The position numbers and the translations under genes are program-made. 64,000 nucleotides of DNA from an uncultured Pseudomonadales bacterium (GTDB taxonomy: Bacteria; Patescibacteriota; Microgenomatia; UBA1400; PJMF01). Below are positions 37,295-47,004 of this stretch, piece after piece (position 1 is the stretch's first letter; every line of letters starts with the position of its first letter). The notes beneath the pieces are model-generated. The model did no database searches. It saw nothing but the letters and a program-made list of their open reading frames with translations, and had not been told where the DNA came from. The stretch is taken from assembly GCA_964511345.1 (NCBI GenBank), contig CAZEEV010000001.1, positions 8,089 to 72,088 of the forward strand, written 5' to 3'.

Positions 37295-37367
37295 GCACCC
37301 ATAGCTCAGTCTGGATAGAGCGTTTGTTTGCGGAACAAAAGATCGTGCGTTCGAATCGCACTGGGTG
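37295..37367 (+). tRNA. tRNA-Arg (anticodon read as GCG; no encoded CCA)
   Basis: Acceptor gcaccca/tgggtgc with discriminator A. The D-arm is nearly identical to E. coli tRNA-Arg. Anticodon stem tttgt/acaaa, loop TTGCGGA (G34 C35 G36, G37). Confidence 0.7.
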
Positions 37368-37400
37368 CACGGTATAAAATAGAAAGAAAAAGGTTTTTTT

Positions 37401-37595
37401 ATGTCACTTAGTATTGAACAAGCCCAAGTAGAAAATGATGGAGCAGAAACAACTTTAGATAATGCGAGAGGTAGTCGAGTTGCTAAAGAGGCTGCTAGAA
37501 TGGCTGTTGAAGCAGCTCATAGACAAGTTATGGAGGGAAAACCTCAGGACGATGCAGAACTTGCCGCAGAAAAAGAAGCAGAAGAAAATAAATAA
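37401..37595 (+). CDS. small hypothetical acidic protein
   Basis: A 64 aa ORF between two tRNA genes, followed by a terminator. It could be spurious. Confidence 0.3.
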   Translation: MSLSIEQAQVENDGAETTLDNARGSRVAKEAARMAVEAAHRQVMEGKPQDDAELAAEKEAEENK

Positions 37596-37621
37596 AATTA
37601 TTTATTAATAAATTTAACAAG

Positions 37622-37645
37622 AAACTGCCTCTAGGGCAGTTTTTT
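37622..37645 (+). terminator. Rho-independent terminator
   Basis: Stem aactgcc/ggcagtt with loop tctag, followed by TTTTTT. Confidence 0.7.
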
Positions 37646-37690
37646 GTTTTTCTGAGGGTTTCGAGTTAAAATGATCCCTAGAAAATAAAA

Positions 37691-37772
37691 AGGAAGGGTC
37701 GCATAGCGGCTATTGCATCAGCCTCGAAAACTGACGCCCTCGGGCACCGCGGGTTCGAGTCCCGCCCCTTCC
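37691..37772 (+). tRNA. tRNA-Ser (anticodon CGA), class II with long variable arm
   Basis: Acceptor ggaaggg/cccttcc with discriminator G. 3 bp D-stem. Anticodon loop CUCGAAA. Variable arm gccc-tc-gggc. T-arm gcggg/ttcgagt/cccgc. Confidence 0.8.
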
Positions 37773-37776
37773 GCTT

Positions 37777-38109
37777 ATGAATAAAGAAATTTCTGCTTAC
37801 ATTGCTAAACAAGAATCAAAACAGCAATTAGTTTTAACTCAGACTAGAAATTTAATTAAAACTTTATTGTCTGATGCCGAAGAAAAAATGAGTTATGGGG
37901 TACCATCATTTAGATTAAATGGTAAGTCAATTTTATATGCAGCTTTCAAAGCACATCTTGGCATTTATCCTGAGCCAACAGTGATTGATCATTTTAAAAA
38001 AGAATTAGAAAAATATGAGACAGCTAAGGGCACTATTAAATTTAGTTTAAATGAGCCCATTCCTTATGATTTAATTACTAAAATTGTGAAGTACAAATAT
38101 GGTTTATAA
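37777..38109 (+). CDS. DUF1801/YdhG-like domain protein
   Basis: 'ISAYIAKQ...LIKTLLSDAEEKMSYGVPSF' resembles the YdhG family. It starts 4 nt after tRNA-Ser. Confidence 0.5.
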   Translation: MNKEISAYIAKQESKQQLVLTQTRNLIKTLLSDAEEKMSYGVPSFRLNGKSILYAAFKAHLGIYPEPTVIDHFKKELEKYETAKGTIKFSLNEPIPYDLITKIVKYKYGL

Positions 38110-38127
38110 AAATGCTATTATGTATTT

Positions 38128-38520
38128 ATGCTCAAACAATTTTTGGTTGCTTTCACCACCTTTTTAGCTATTGATGGCCTTTGGCTCACTCTCATCGCCA
38201 AGAACTTTTATGCCAAGCACCTTGGTTTCTTAATGAGCAAAACTCCCAATCTTACCCCCGCTTTGATCTTTTATCTAATCTATGTCTTTACCATGGTCGT
38301 ACTGATCATTACTCCAGCTCTGCAAAAAGGTTCGCTTATGTCAGCCGTTCTCACTGGAGCCTTATTCGGTTTGTGTGCCTACGCCACTTATGATTTAACT
38401 AATCTCGCCACTATCAAAGATTGGCCGCTTTTAGTCACCATCGTCGATCTCATTTGGGGCACCGTTCTCTCAGGAGCAGTAGCAGGTGTCAGTTATTTAG
38501 TTCTAACCAAATTATTATGA
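38128..38520 (+). CDS. small integral membrane protein (DUF2177-like)
   Basis: Four hydrophobic helices with an N-terminal 'AIDGLWLTLIAKNFY'. Confidence 0.45.
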   Translation: MLKQFLVAFTTFLAIDGLWLTLIAKNFYAKHLGFLMSKTPNLTPALIFYLIYVFTMVVLIITPALQKGSLMSAVLTGALFGLCAYATYDLTNLATIKDWPLLVTIVDLIWGTVLSGAVAGVSYLVLTKLL

Positions 38521-38708
38521 TAAACGAGATACAAGAACAAGCCTTATATAAAGATGGAGATTGGGTTAAATATCGTGGTCAAACATATAAAGTTTCTTTA
38601 GCCTTTAATCCTTCTGCTAATGAAGTTACATATATTCTACAAAGCCACAATTCTTGTGCTTTCAGTCTTTCACAAGCAGAAGCAAAGAAAAGCCTAACAA
38701 AGGCGTAA
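38517..38708 (+). CDS. hypothetical small protein
   Basis: A 63 aa ORF whose ATGA overlaps the upstream stop. The ORF track gives a longer overlapping version. Confidence 0.3.
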   Translation: MINEIQEQALYKDGDWVKYRGQTYKVSLAFNPSANEVTYILQSHNSCAFSLSQAEAKKSLTKA

Positions 38709-38715
38709 ATTTTTT

Positions 38716-39594
38716 GTGCAATATCAACGCATCCAAGCCAAATCTGCTCTCAATAAGCTCAACAGCCGCTATTTACCTTATGATTACGACTTGAATGTTT
38801 ACCGCGGTTGTTCTCATCATTGTCAATATTGCTATGCGCTTTATTCTCATCGCTATTTAGAAAAGCAAGAATTTTTTGATCAAATTTACATTAAAGAAAA
38901 TATTCTTGAAGCTTTAGAGCGCGACTTAAGTAAAAAAAGTTGGCGCAGACAAGCAATTAATTTAGGAGGTGTGACGGATAGTTATCAAAGCATTGAGGCC
39001 AAAGAAAAATTAATGCCGGGCATTCTGAAACTTTTAATTAAATATCAAAACCCCGTTATTATTTCCACCAAATCTGATTTAATTTTGCGCGATTTCGATT
39101 TGTTTTTGGAATTAGCCAAAGTTGCCGATGTACGAATTGCCTGCAGTATTACTACTTTTGATGAAACGATTCGTCGTAAAATTGAGCCTTGCTCTCCAAC
39201 CGCCTTAGCCAGATTAGAAGTCTTAAAAAAATTCAAAGTAGCTAATCTAGAAAGATTAAAAGTTGGTGTCTTAATGATGCCTATCTTGCCTTTACTGACT
39301 GATTCCGAGGAGAATTTAAGAGACGTATTCAGCAAAGTCTCAAACATTGGCATTGATTATATACTTCCCGGCTTACTCAATCTTAGAGGTCAAACTAGAG
39401 AACATTTTTTGAATTTTATTAAGGTCACATTTCCAGATAAATATGCTGCTTACCTTGATCTTTACCAAACAGCTTTTGTCAAAAAAGAATATCGGGAGAA
39501 TTTCTATCAAAAAATTAATCAACTAAGGAAAGAATATCAACTTCCTAAGGTTGAATTAGAAATTAGTGAAGAAGAACAGCTTGGGTTGTTTTAA
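38716..39594 (+). CDS. radical SAM protein of the SplB/DNA-photolyase-like family
   Basis: 'NVYRGCSHHCQYCYA' is the CxxxCxxC radical SAM motif, in a context typical of COG1533. A GTG start was used. Confidence 0.6.
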   Translation: MQYQRIQAKSALNKLNSRYLPYDYDLNVYRGCSHHCQYCYALYSHRYLEKQEFFDQIYIKENILEALERDLSKKSWRRQAINLGGVTDSYQSIEAKEKLMPGILKLLIKYQNPVIISTKSDLILRDFDLFLELAKVADVRIACSITTFDETIRRKIEPCSPTALARLEVLKKFKVANLERLKVGVLMMPILPLLTDSEENLRDVFSKVSNIGIDYILPGLLNLRGQTREHFLNFIKVTFPDKYAAYLDLYQTAFVKKEYRENFYQKINQLRKEYQLPKVELEISEEEQLGLF

Positions 39595-39631
39595 TTTACA
39601 AAACTGTTTATTCTTTACATAAATAAACAAA

Positions 39632-39850
39632 ATGAAAATCTCCGTCGCAGTTCATCCCAACTCTAAGAAACCAAGAATTGTCAAAAATGATTTAGACAAT
39701 CTTGATGTTTATGTAGCACAAAAAGCGGTTGATAACCAGGCTAATTTAGCCACTATTGAAGCTTTGGCAAAATATTTTCAGGTGAAAAAATCGGCAGTCA
39801 ATTTAATTTTAGGACAAAAATCGAAATTAAAAGTTTATAACATTGAATAA
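39632..39850 (+). CDS. DUF167 (YggU-like) protein
   Basis: 'KISVAVHPNSKKPRIV...AVDNQANLATIEALAKYF' fits the YggU pattern. Confidence 0.55.
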   Translation: MKISVAVHPNSKKPRIVKNDLDNLDVYVAQKAVDNQANLATIEALAKYFQVKKSAVNLILGQKSKLKVYNIE

Positions 39851-40813
39851 ATAGCCCATCACCATAATCCCTACCACAGTAATTCCAAAAAACGCCAATA
39901 GTAACGGCCACTTCATCGCCTTCTTCAAAATCAAAGCCTCAGGAATCGACAAAGTCACCGTCGCTGTCATAAACGCCAAGGCTGTGCCCATCGGCACGCC
40001 TTTACCCACCAAAGCCTCCATTACCGGAATGATACTCACTGAATTAGCATAAAGCGGTACACCCAAAAGCGTCGCTGCCGGTACACTCCACCAAGCTTTC
40101 ATCCCTAAATATTTTTCAATTAAAGTTTGTGGTACAAAGCCATGAATCGCTGCTCCCACTGCCACTCCTAGAATCACATAAGGATAAATTTTCTTAGTAA
40201 TCGCAGAACCATCTTCCCACCATAACTTCAGTAACTCTTTTCTTTTTGGCTCCATTCCCTGATTTTCCATCACCACTTGCGCTCTATTTTTAAACTTCAA
40301 AAGTGACGGTTCAATGTATTTTTCCAGATGTAACTTCTGAATCAAAAGTCCGCCCAAAACAGCGATGCCAATGCCCATTAAGTTATAAAACAAACTAACT
40401 TTCCAGCCAAAAAGTGCTGGAAATAAAAACAAAGAAGATTCATTAATCAATGGTGAAGCAATCAAAAAAGCAAAAGTCACTCCCAGTGGAATCCCCGCAC
40501 CAACAAAACCAATAAATAAAGGAATTGAAGAACAAGAACAAAAAGGTGTCACCATTCCAAGAACTGCTGCTAACAAATAATCCAAACCAAACCAACGTCT
40601 TTTAATCAGCAAATCACGAACCTTTTCCATCGGAAAATAATAGCGGGTGATCGCCATCAAGTAATTAATGACTAGCAATAATAAGCCAATTTTAAGCACA
40701 TCATAAACAAAGAAATTTACCGCGTTGCCCCAGTAAGAACCTTGAGCGATTGTCAACAAACGATAAGTGACTAAATCAGCCAATGCTTGAAGAGGCGAGA
40801 AAAGATTGATCAT
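39827..40813 (-). CDS. permease of the DUF318/YraQ (ArsP-like) family
   Basis: A polytopic membrane protein with the 'TPFCSCSSIPLF' Cys motif characteristic of DUF318 permeases. Confidence 0.65.
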   Translation of the reverse strand: MINLFSPLQALADLVTYRLLTIAQGSYWGNAVNFFVYDVLKIGLLLLVINYLMAITRYYFPMEKVRDLLIKRRWFGLDYLLAAVLGMVTPFCSCSSIPLFIGFVGAGIPLGVTFAFLIASPLINESSLFLFPALFGWKVSLFYNLMGIGIAVLGGLLIQKLHLEKYIEPSLLKFKNRAQVVMENQGMEPKRKELLKLWWEDGSAITKKIYPYVILGVAVGAAIHGFVPQTLIEKYLGMKAWWSVPAATLLGVPLYANSVSIIPVMEALVGKGVPMGTALAFMTATVTLSIPEALILKKAMKWPLLLAFFGITVVGIMVMGYLFNVINF

Positions 40814-41049
40814 TTAACACTTTGGAGAACACTTTTAATTTTTTCCAAACTAGGTAAAAATCCCACCAAGGCTGGCTTGCCATCCACTGCTAAAACTGGA
40901 CTGCTCATCACTCCCATTTCAATTATTTTAGAAACGTCAGTGATATATTCTACTTCTGCTTTAAGATCTAATTCCGCTACTGCTTGTTTGGTCAACTCAA
41001 ATAACTTTTTGCACTTGGTACAACCCGAACCTAAAACTTGAATTTGCAT
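40810..41049 (-). CDS. thioredoxin-fold 'redox-active disulfide protein 2'-like small protein
   Basis: 'LGSGCTKCKKL' CxxC in a ~79 aa protein. It pairs with DUF318 permeases and overlaps the permease start here. Confidence 0.6.
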   Translation of the reverse strand: MQIQVLGSGCTKCKKLFELTKQAVAELDLKAEVEYITDVSKIIEMGVMSSPVLAVDGKPALVGFLPSLEKIKSVLQSVK

Positions 41050-41119
41050 AAGCTCATTTTACATCAAAATTTACTTTTTAAGTAAAATAACCTAACATGG
41101 ATACAAGGAATAAAAAATT

Positions 41120-41869
41120 ATGAAAAACAAATCTTTATCAATCTTTTTAGCCACTGTAATTTTATTATCCTTTGCCACTTTTGCTCAGGCAGCAAAAAAT
41201 GATGGTGCTGGCAGTGGTGCCGTAACTGGTTCATCTGGTCAGGGTTCTAGTGGTGGTCAGCAGGTTGCACCTGTTTCTCCTTCTAAACAGATGGTAACCT
41301 CTTCTCCTTCTCAACCAGTAGTTCAGGTTAAAAACCAAGTCAAAACTCAAAACACAGGTGAAGACTCGCAATTAATGATTGAAACCAAAGAGGAGACAAA
41401 CATTGGTACAAATGCTGGCACTGCCAAAAAAGAATCTCCACGAAGTGAAGTAGCAGAAGAGAAAATGAGTGATGTCGCCACCCAAGTTGAAACGTTGCTA
41501 ACCAATAAAACTATGAAAGGTGGTATTGGTGATCAGGTCAGAGAAATTGCTACAGCACAAAAACAGGCTCAAGAACAAGTTAAAGAACAATTAGGTCAAG
41601 TAGAAAGTCGTAAAGGTTTACTTAAATCTTTGATAGGACCAGATTACAAAGCTTTAAAAAATGTCGAGAATCAAGTTGCAGAAAATCAGTTGCGTATTGA
41701 GCAACTAACAAAACTGAAAACTCAACTTACCAATCAAAGTGACATCGCCATGATTGAAGTCGCGACTCAGGCTTTAACTGAGCAAAATACACAATTACAG
41801 GAAACTGTTGTTAGCGAAAGTCAAAGTAAAAGCATGTTTGGCTGGTTGTTTAGGTTGTTTGCTAAATAG
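41120..41869 (+). CDS. secreted low-complexity protein (signal peptide; G/S/Q-rich then coiled-coil-like)
   Basis: Signal peptide 'LSIFLATVILLSFATFAQA'. Confidence 0.45.
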   Translation: MKNKSLSIFLATVILLSFATFAQAAKNDGAGSGAVTGSSGQGSSGGQQVAPVSPSKQMVTSSPSQPVVQVKNQVKTQNTGEDSQLMIETKEETNIGTNAGTAKKESPRSEVAEEKMSDVATQVETLLTNKTMKGGIGDQVREIATAQKQAQEQVKEQLGQVESRKGLLKSLIGPDYKALKNVENQVAENQLRIEQLTKLKTQLTNQSDIAMIEVATQALTEQNTQLQETVVSESQSKSMFGWLFRLFAK

Positions 41870-41889
41870 GTTTTAAGTAGTAACAAAGT

Positions 41890-42624
41890 ATGATCAATAG
41901 AAACGAAACTAACTTTTCAGCTCAAGAAAATAATCACGATCTTCAAAATGATAATCATCTTAAAGAGCAATCTATTTCTAGCGAATTAAATGAACTTTTT
42001 AGACAAGGCTGCGATCTTGTTGATGCCTCTGAACTATTAAGACAATTACCCAATCCTATTTTGGTCGATTTTAATAATGTGTTGGTTAATAACGAGATCC
42101 CCTTTATTCCAAATCCTGACGCACTAGCTCCATTTCAAGAATTAAAAAAAATAGGCACCGTAATTGTTCTTACTACTGCTGACGATTGGGAAGCAGTGTA
42201 TGCGCTACTTCAAAAGTTTGGCTACTGGTCTGATGACGTTATTCTTATCGCTTCACCATCATATGAAGAACTTATGAAAAAATTCCCTCAAAGTCAGAAA
42301 GTATTACAGCTACAAAGAGAATTTGTTAATTTAGCTAAACAACATCAATTATTTAATCACCCTCAAATGGAATATGCAGCAGATCCTGATTCAGAATATT
42401 TTTGGAGATGTGCTGTAGCTGACAAAAGAGTGGCCTATGCATTTATGAAACCATATCTTATTCCACTTATTGATGATCGTCGTGCCACTACCGAAAACAA
42501 TCCTGGTATTTTAGGAATCAAAGTTACTGCTTGGGAAGGCGAATATTTTAGATTTGAAGATCCAACTAAGTTATCCGATGCGCTTGAAGTAGTTAGAAAA
42601 CATTATGCAGAGTCGAAGACATAG
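41890..42624 (+). CDS. hypothetical protein
   Basis: A 244 aa ORF with possible weak HAD-like N-terminal 'LVDFNNVLV'. Confidence 0.4.
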   Translation: MINRNETNFSAQENNHDLQNDNHLKEQSISSELNELFRQGCDLVDASELLRQLPNPILVDFNNVLVNNEIPFIPNPDALAPFQELKKIGTVIVLTTADDWEAVYALLQKFGYWSDDVILIASPSYEELMKKFPQSQKVLQLQREFVNLAKQHQLFNHPQMEYAADPDSEYFWRCAVADKRVAYAFMKPYLIPLIDDRRATTENNPGILGIKVTAWEGEYFRFEDPTKLSDALEVVRKHYAESKT

Positions 42625-42666
42625 CCTGCTATAATTACTTTTAGTTTAAAAACAGGAATCCTAATC

Positions 42667-43305
42667 ATGCTCAAAGCAATCATCTTCGACATTGACGGCG
42701 TCTTACTCGACTCTTTTGAAGCAAATCTCAAATTTTATCAGAGCCTATTACCTTTCGCTGGATACAACCCACCAACCAGTGAAACATTTAGAAAAATGTT
42801 TCATATGCCTATGGATCAAGTGATTAGAAACTTAATCGCTCCTGCCAGTGAAATTGAAGTACAAAGAGTTTGGGAATTAGGCAAAACTCGTGCCGTTCCT
42901 TATCCAAGTGAATTAATCACTGTTGCTGATAACTGCGAAGTAACTCTCAAAAAATTAGCCAAAAAATATACTTTAGCGATTGCGACTAGCAGAATTAAAG
43001 TTGGTGTTTTTTCTTTGCCACAATTAGCTAATTTAGAAAATCTTTTCCAAACAGCCGTTTGTTTTGAAGACACAGATAAACATAAGCCAGATCCAGAACC
43101 TTTGTTACTTGCTTGTGAAAGATTAGGTATCAAACCCAGTGAAGCTCTCTACATTGGTGATGCTCAAACTGATATGGAGGCAGCCGCAGCGGCTGGTATG
43201 AAAGCCATTGCTTTTACAAAAGATGAATTATCTGGAGCCATTGCTACTACCCATGAATTTTCTGAAATACCAAAATTAATTGAAGATAATATTAACAAAT
43301 TATGA
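42667..43305 (+). CDS. HAD-family hydrolase (beta-phosphoglucomutase-like subfamily)
   Basis: 'IIFDIDGVLLDS', 'ATSR' and 'YIGDAQTDMEAA'. Confidence 0.75.
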   Translation: MLKAIIFDIDGVLLDSFEANLKFYQSLLPFAGYNPPTSETFRKMFHMPMDQVIRNLIAPASEIEVQRVWELGKTRAVPYPSELITVADNCEVTLKKLAKKYTLAIATSRIKVGVFSLPQLANLENLFQTAVCFEDTDKHKPDPEPLLLACERLGIKPSEALYIGDAQTDMEAAAAAGMKAIAFTKDELSGAIATTHEFSEIPKLIEDNINKL

Positions 43306-43886
43306 ATTCAATTTATCTTCTTAGACACTGTGCCTACAGCAATCCACTAAATATTTTGCCAGGTAGATTACCTGTCGAACTCTCACAAGAAGGCAAAGAA
43401 AATGCTTTGTATTTAAAAGAATATTTCGCAGATAAAAATATTAAACACATTTATGCCAGTGCAGTTTTGCGTTGTAAACAAACTGCTGAAATTATCGCCG
43501 ATCATACCATTCCCTTAACTTTTGACCAAAGACTTTTAGAAACCTTTTCTGCATATCAAGGCTATTGGGAGGGTAATACTGATAATACTTGGGATCATTT
43601 TTTTATTCATAGAAATGAACTCGGTGGTGAAAGTTTTATTGACATCAAAACAAGAATGGCTAGTTTTTGGGATGAAATTACCGCTAATCTTCATGACAAT
43701 ATTATTATTTGTAGTCACGGTGATCAGTTGCAAATTTTGTTTTCCTATATTCACGGTCAGCCTTTAGTAGCTGAAGATGAAAGCGAAGAAAATATTCCTG
43801 GCTGGCTTGATAGGGGCGAATTCATTGAAATTATTTGGGATAAAAATAAAATTTTAGAAACAAAAATGAAAGGTAAAGCATTATGA
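43302..43886 (+). CDS. histidine phosphatase family protein
   Basis: 'IYLLRHCAY' (RHG-like) and a later 'SHGD'. Confidence 0.6.
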   Translation: MNSIYLLRHCAYSNPLNILPGRLPVELSQEGKENALYLKEYFADKNIKHIYASAVLRCKQTAEIIADHTIPLTFDQRLLETFSAYQGYWEGNTDNTWDHFFIHRNELGGESFIDIKTRMASFWDEITANLHDNIIICSHGDQLQILFSYIHGQPLVAEDESEENIPGWLDRGEFIEIIWDKNKILETKMKGKAL

Positions 43887-44197
43887 AACAAGCAAACTCT
43901 TATTTTGATGGTGGCTTACTACAATTAATTGGTTGGACTTTGTTAGGAATGATTATCACCACTTTAACTCTTGGTATTTGTTATCCATGGGCACTTTGCA
44001 TGGTATATAAATGGCAAATTGACCACACAGTTATTGAAGGTAAAAGATTGGAATTTACTGGATCAGCTTGGAGTTTATTTGGTCAATGGATTAAATGGTT
44101 ACTTCTAACTATTATTACTTTAGGTATTTATGGTTTGTGGCTTGGAATTGCTTTAGAAAAATGGAAAGTTGAAAATACTAAATTTGTAGCAGATTAA
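43883..44197 (+). CDS. small membrane protein
   Basis: Two TM segments. 4 nt overlap with the upstream gene. Confidence 0.4.
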   Translation: MKQANSYFDGGLLQLIGWTLLGMIITTLTLGICYPWALCMVYKWQIDHTVIEGKRLEFTGSAWSLFGQWIKWLLLTIITLGIYGLWLGIALEKWKVENTKFVAD

Positions 44198-44243
44198 AAA
44201 CTCCTCCTGCAGAAAAATATTTTTTTGCTATGATAAATTTGTT

Positions 44244-45647
44244 TTGCAAAAAGATTTTTTTGCTCTCACTAGCCTGTCTCCGCTTGATGGTCGCTACTCC
44301 TCCAAAATTTCTACACTATCCGAATATTTTTCAGAATTTGCTTTGATTAAATATCGCGTTCAAATTGAAGTTGCTTATTTATTATTTCTAAGTGAGCAAA
44401 AGCTAATTCCACCATTGTCTATTTCCGCCAAGAAAAAAGTTTCCAAAATCGCTACTAACTTCAGCTTAGAGCAAGCCGTGGAAGTGAAAAATATCGAGAA
44501 AAAAACCATGCACGACGTCAAAGCAGTGGAATATCTCATTCGTCAGGAATTAGAAAAATTATCTTTGCCGATCGCTCAATACGTGCACATCGGTATGACA
44601 AGTGAGGACACTAATTCGCTCGCCCAATCTCTAATGCTTAAGGAGGCTCGCGACCAATTTGTTCTGCCCAAACTCAATCAAGTTCTTAAAGAACTAGCTC
44701 GCTTAGCAGTGGAACTCAAAGACGCCACTTTTCTAGCTAGAACTCATGGTCAAGTGGCGGTCCCTACTACTATGGGCAAAGAATTGATGGTTTTTGCGCT
44801 ACGTTTATGCGAGGAATTACAAATTTTATCTAAGTTACCAGTTGATGCTAAATTAAGTGGAGCAGTTGGCAATTTTTCTGCCCAGTTAGCTGCTTTTCCA
44901 GATGTAAATTGGCCCAAACTTAGCCAGAAATTTATTACTTCGCTCGGTTTAAAACCCGCTCAAATTAGCACCCAAATCGTCTTTGCCGAAAGTTATTCAC
45001 GTATCTTTAGCAGCTTATTACACAGTAACCTGATTTTATTAGATTTGGATCAAGATATTTGGCGCTACATTAGCAATGGTTTATTCGCTCAACAAAAAGC
45101 TAAAAGTCAAGTTGGTTCCTCAACCATGCCTCATAAAGTTAATCCAATTGATTTTGAAAATAGCGAAGGTAATTTAGGGTTAGCTAATGCCTTGCTAAAT
45201 TTTTTCATTACTAAATTACCGATTTCTAGATTACAACGCGATCTTTCTGATAGTACGGTTAAACGCAATTTTGGTATTGCTTTAGGTTATGCTTGTTTGG
45301 GTTACGACTCTTTAATTAAAGGTTTAAGCAAGATTAAATTTGATTCAAATGCTGCACAACAAGAATTAAATGAGCACTTCGAAGTTATCAGCGAAGCTTT
45401 TCAGGTTATTTTGAGGGTCAACGGTGATGAACGGGGATACGAAAAACTCAAGGATTTTTCTCAAGGTAAGAAAATTACTGCCACAGAAATAAATGATTTT
45501 ATTGATACGCTGTCTGTTAGTGCCCAAGTCAAAAAACAATTGCGCGCTATTACGCCCAATACTTATACTGGTTTGGCTGCCAAATTAGTTGATCAATCCC
45601 TAGTGACTATTAATTCTTATTTGAAAGGACAACATGAACAAAGTTAG
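44244..45647 (+). CDS. purB: adenylosuccinate lyase
   Basis: 'LSPLDGRY' N-terminus. Fumarate-lyase signature 'GSSTMPHKVNPIDFENSEG'. TTG start. Confidence 0.9.
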   Translation: MQKDFFALTSLSPLDGRYSSKISTLSEYFSEFALIKYRVQIEVAYLLFLSEQKLIPPLSISAKKKVSKIATNFSLEQAVEVKNIEKKTMHDVKAVEYLIRQELEKLSLPIAQYVHIGMTSEDTNSLAQSLMLKEARDQFVLPKLNQVLKELARLAVELKDATFLARTHGQVAVPTTMGKELMVFALRLCEELQILSKLPVDAKLSGAVGNFSAQLAAFPDVNWPKLSQKFITSLGLKPAQISTQIVFAESYSRIFSSLLHSNLILLDLDQDIWRYISNGLFAQQKAKSQVGSSTMPHKVNPIDFENSEGNLGLANALLNFFITKLPISRLQRDLSDSTVKRNFGIALGYACLGYDSLIKGLSKIKFDSNAAQQELNEHFEVISEAFQVILRVNGDERGYEKLKDFSQGKKITATEINDFIDTLSVSAQVKKQLRAITPNTYTGLAAKLVDQSLVTINSYLKGQHEQS

Positions 45648-47004
45648 AGCAAAAACCTACGGTATTTGTGGCGGCGCTTTCGGCGATGAAGGCAAAGGTC
45701 GTATTGTTGATAATTTAGTCAATGATTTATGTAAAAAAGGTGAAGTGGTGGTTTATCGTGACAATGGTGGTGCTAATGCTGGTCACACCGTTGAATTTGG
45801 TGGCCAAAGAATCGCTTTACATCAGTTACCTTCCGGAGTTTTTATCAAAGGGGCGACAGTAGTTTTAGGTAAAGAAATGGTTTTAGATCCTGGTGATCTT
45901 TTGACTGAATTAGCAGCCGTTAATAAAATTGCTAAAGCTAAAGATCGAGCCAAAATTAAGATTGATGAGTTAGCCTTTTTATCTCTTGCTACCCATCGTG
46001 CTTACGAAACAGTTTTGAAAGATTGGCAGTCTGGCAGTAAAGGTTCCACTGGTCGTGGCATTGCTCCAGCTTATGCTGACGTGCTTTTGAGACACCCTCT
46101 GAGAATGCGCGATGTTTTGAATCATGACGCTAAAAAACTTGCCGCTCATTACGATATGTATGAGGCTTTGATCAAAGGTTTAGGCCAAAATCTGGCTGAA
46201 GTCAAAGTTGTATCTTTAGCTGGTGACTTAAAAGCAGTGGGTTCTAAGAAAAAATTCCTTAAGACTTTGAACGAACAGGTCGAAGAGCTACGTCCTTATA
46301 TTGCTGATATTCGTGCTTGGTTAGCAGAGAAATGGCAAGATAAGAAATGTGCTTTTGTTTTTGAGAAAGCTCAAGCTGTTGGCTTGGATTATCGTTTTGG
46401 TCTTTATCCAGATGTGACTGCTTCCAATACTACTTTTTCTGGCATTTTTTCTGCCACTGAAGGTTTGATTGATCCAGATCAATTTAAAATGAGAGCTGGT
46501 GTTATTAAAGCAACTTATATGTCTAGTGTTGGTGCTCGGGTTTTGCCAACTCTAATCACAGATGAGCTAGCGGAGAGAATTCGTGAAGATGCTCACGAAT
46601 ATGGCGCCACTACCAAACGACCCAGAGATGTGGCTTTCTTAGATTTGCCTGCTTTGAAATTTTTTGCTAAAGCTGGGCATTTTAATTCTTTAATTTTGAC
46701 TCATATGGACATTGTTTATCCAAATCAGCCAGTTAAGGTTTGTGTTAAATATGAAAAGAATGGTAAAGCTGTCGGATATTATCCAGATCAGACCTTCATA
46801 GATCAAGTCAAGCCAATCTATAAAGAATTGGCTCCTTGGGATATTAAGCAACTAATGAAAGCCAAGACTGTCGCGCAATTACCAGTTGAAGCACAAAAGT
46901 TTTTGAAATTTATCAGTAAGGAAATCGGTGTGCCGGTGGTGATGATTACCACTGGTCCTAAGCGTGATCAGGGTTTGATTTTAGACAAGAAAATGATGGG
47001 TTAA
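45634..47004 (+). CDS. purA: adenylosuccinate synthetase
   Basis: P-loop 'GGAFGDEGKGRIVD' and 'GTTKRGIGPAY'-like 'GSTGRGIAPAY'. Confidence 0.9.
   Translation: MNKVRAKTYGICGGAFGDEGKGRIVDNLVNDLCKKGEVVVYRDNGGANAGHTVEFGGQRIALHQLPSGVFIKGATVVLGKEMVLDPGDLLTELAAVNKIAKAKDRAKIKIDELAFLSLATHRAYETVLKDWQSGSKGSTGRGIAPAYADVLLRHPLRMRDVLNHDAKKLAAHYDMYEALIKGLGQNLAEVKVVSLAGDLKAVGSKKKFLKTLNEQVEELRPYIADIRAWLAEKWQDKKCAFVFEKAQAVGLDYRFGLYPDVTASNTTFSGIFSATEGLIDPDQFKMRAGVIKATYMSSVGARVLPTLITDELAERIREDAHEYGATTKRPRDVAFLDLPALKFFAKAGHFNSLILTHMDIVYPNQPVKVCVKYEKNGKAVGYYPDQTFIDQVKPIYKELAPWDIKQLMKAKTVAQLPVEAQKFLKFISKEIGVPVVMITTGPKRDQGLILDKKMMG

Noticed and set aside
38181-38393. 70 aa alternate-frame ORF (38181-38393) and 95 aa ORF start at 38421
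   Set aside because: Both overlap the 130 aa membrane-protein gene in other frames. Only the portion from ATG 38517 onward is non-overlapping and was kept at low confidence.
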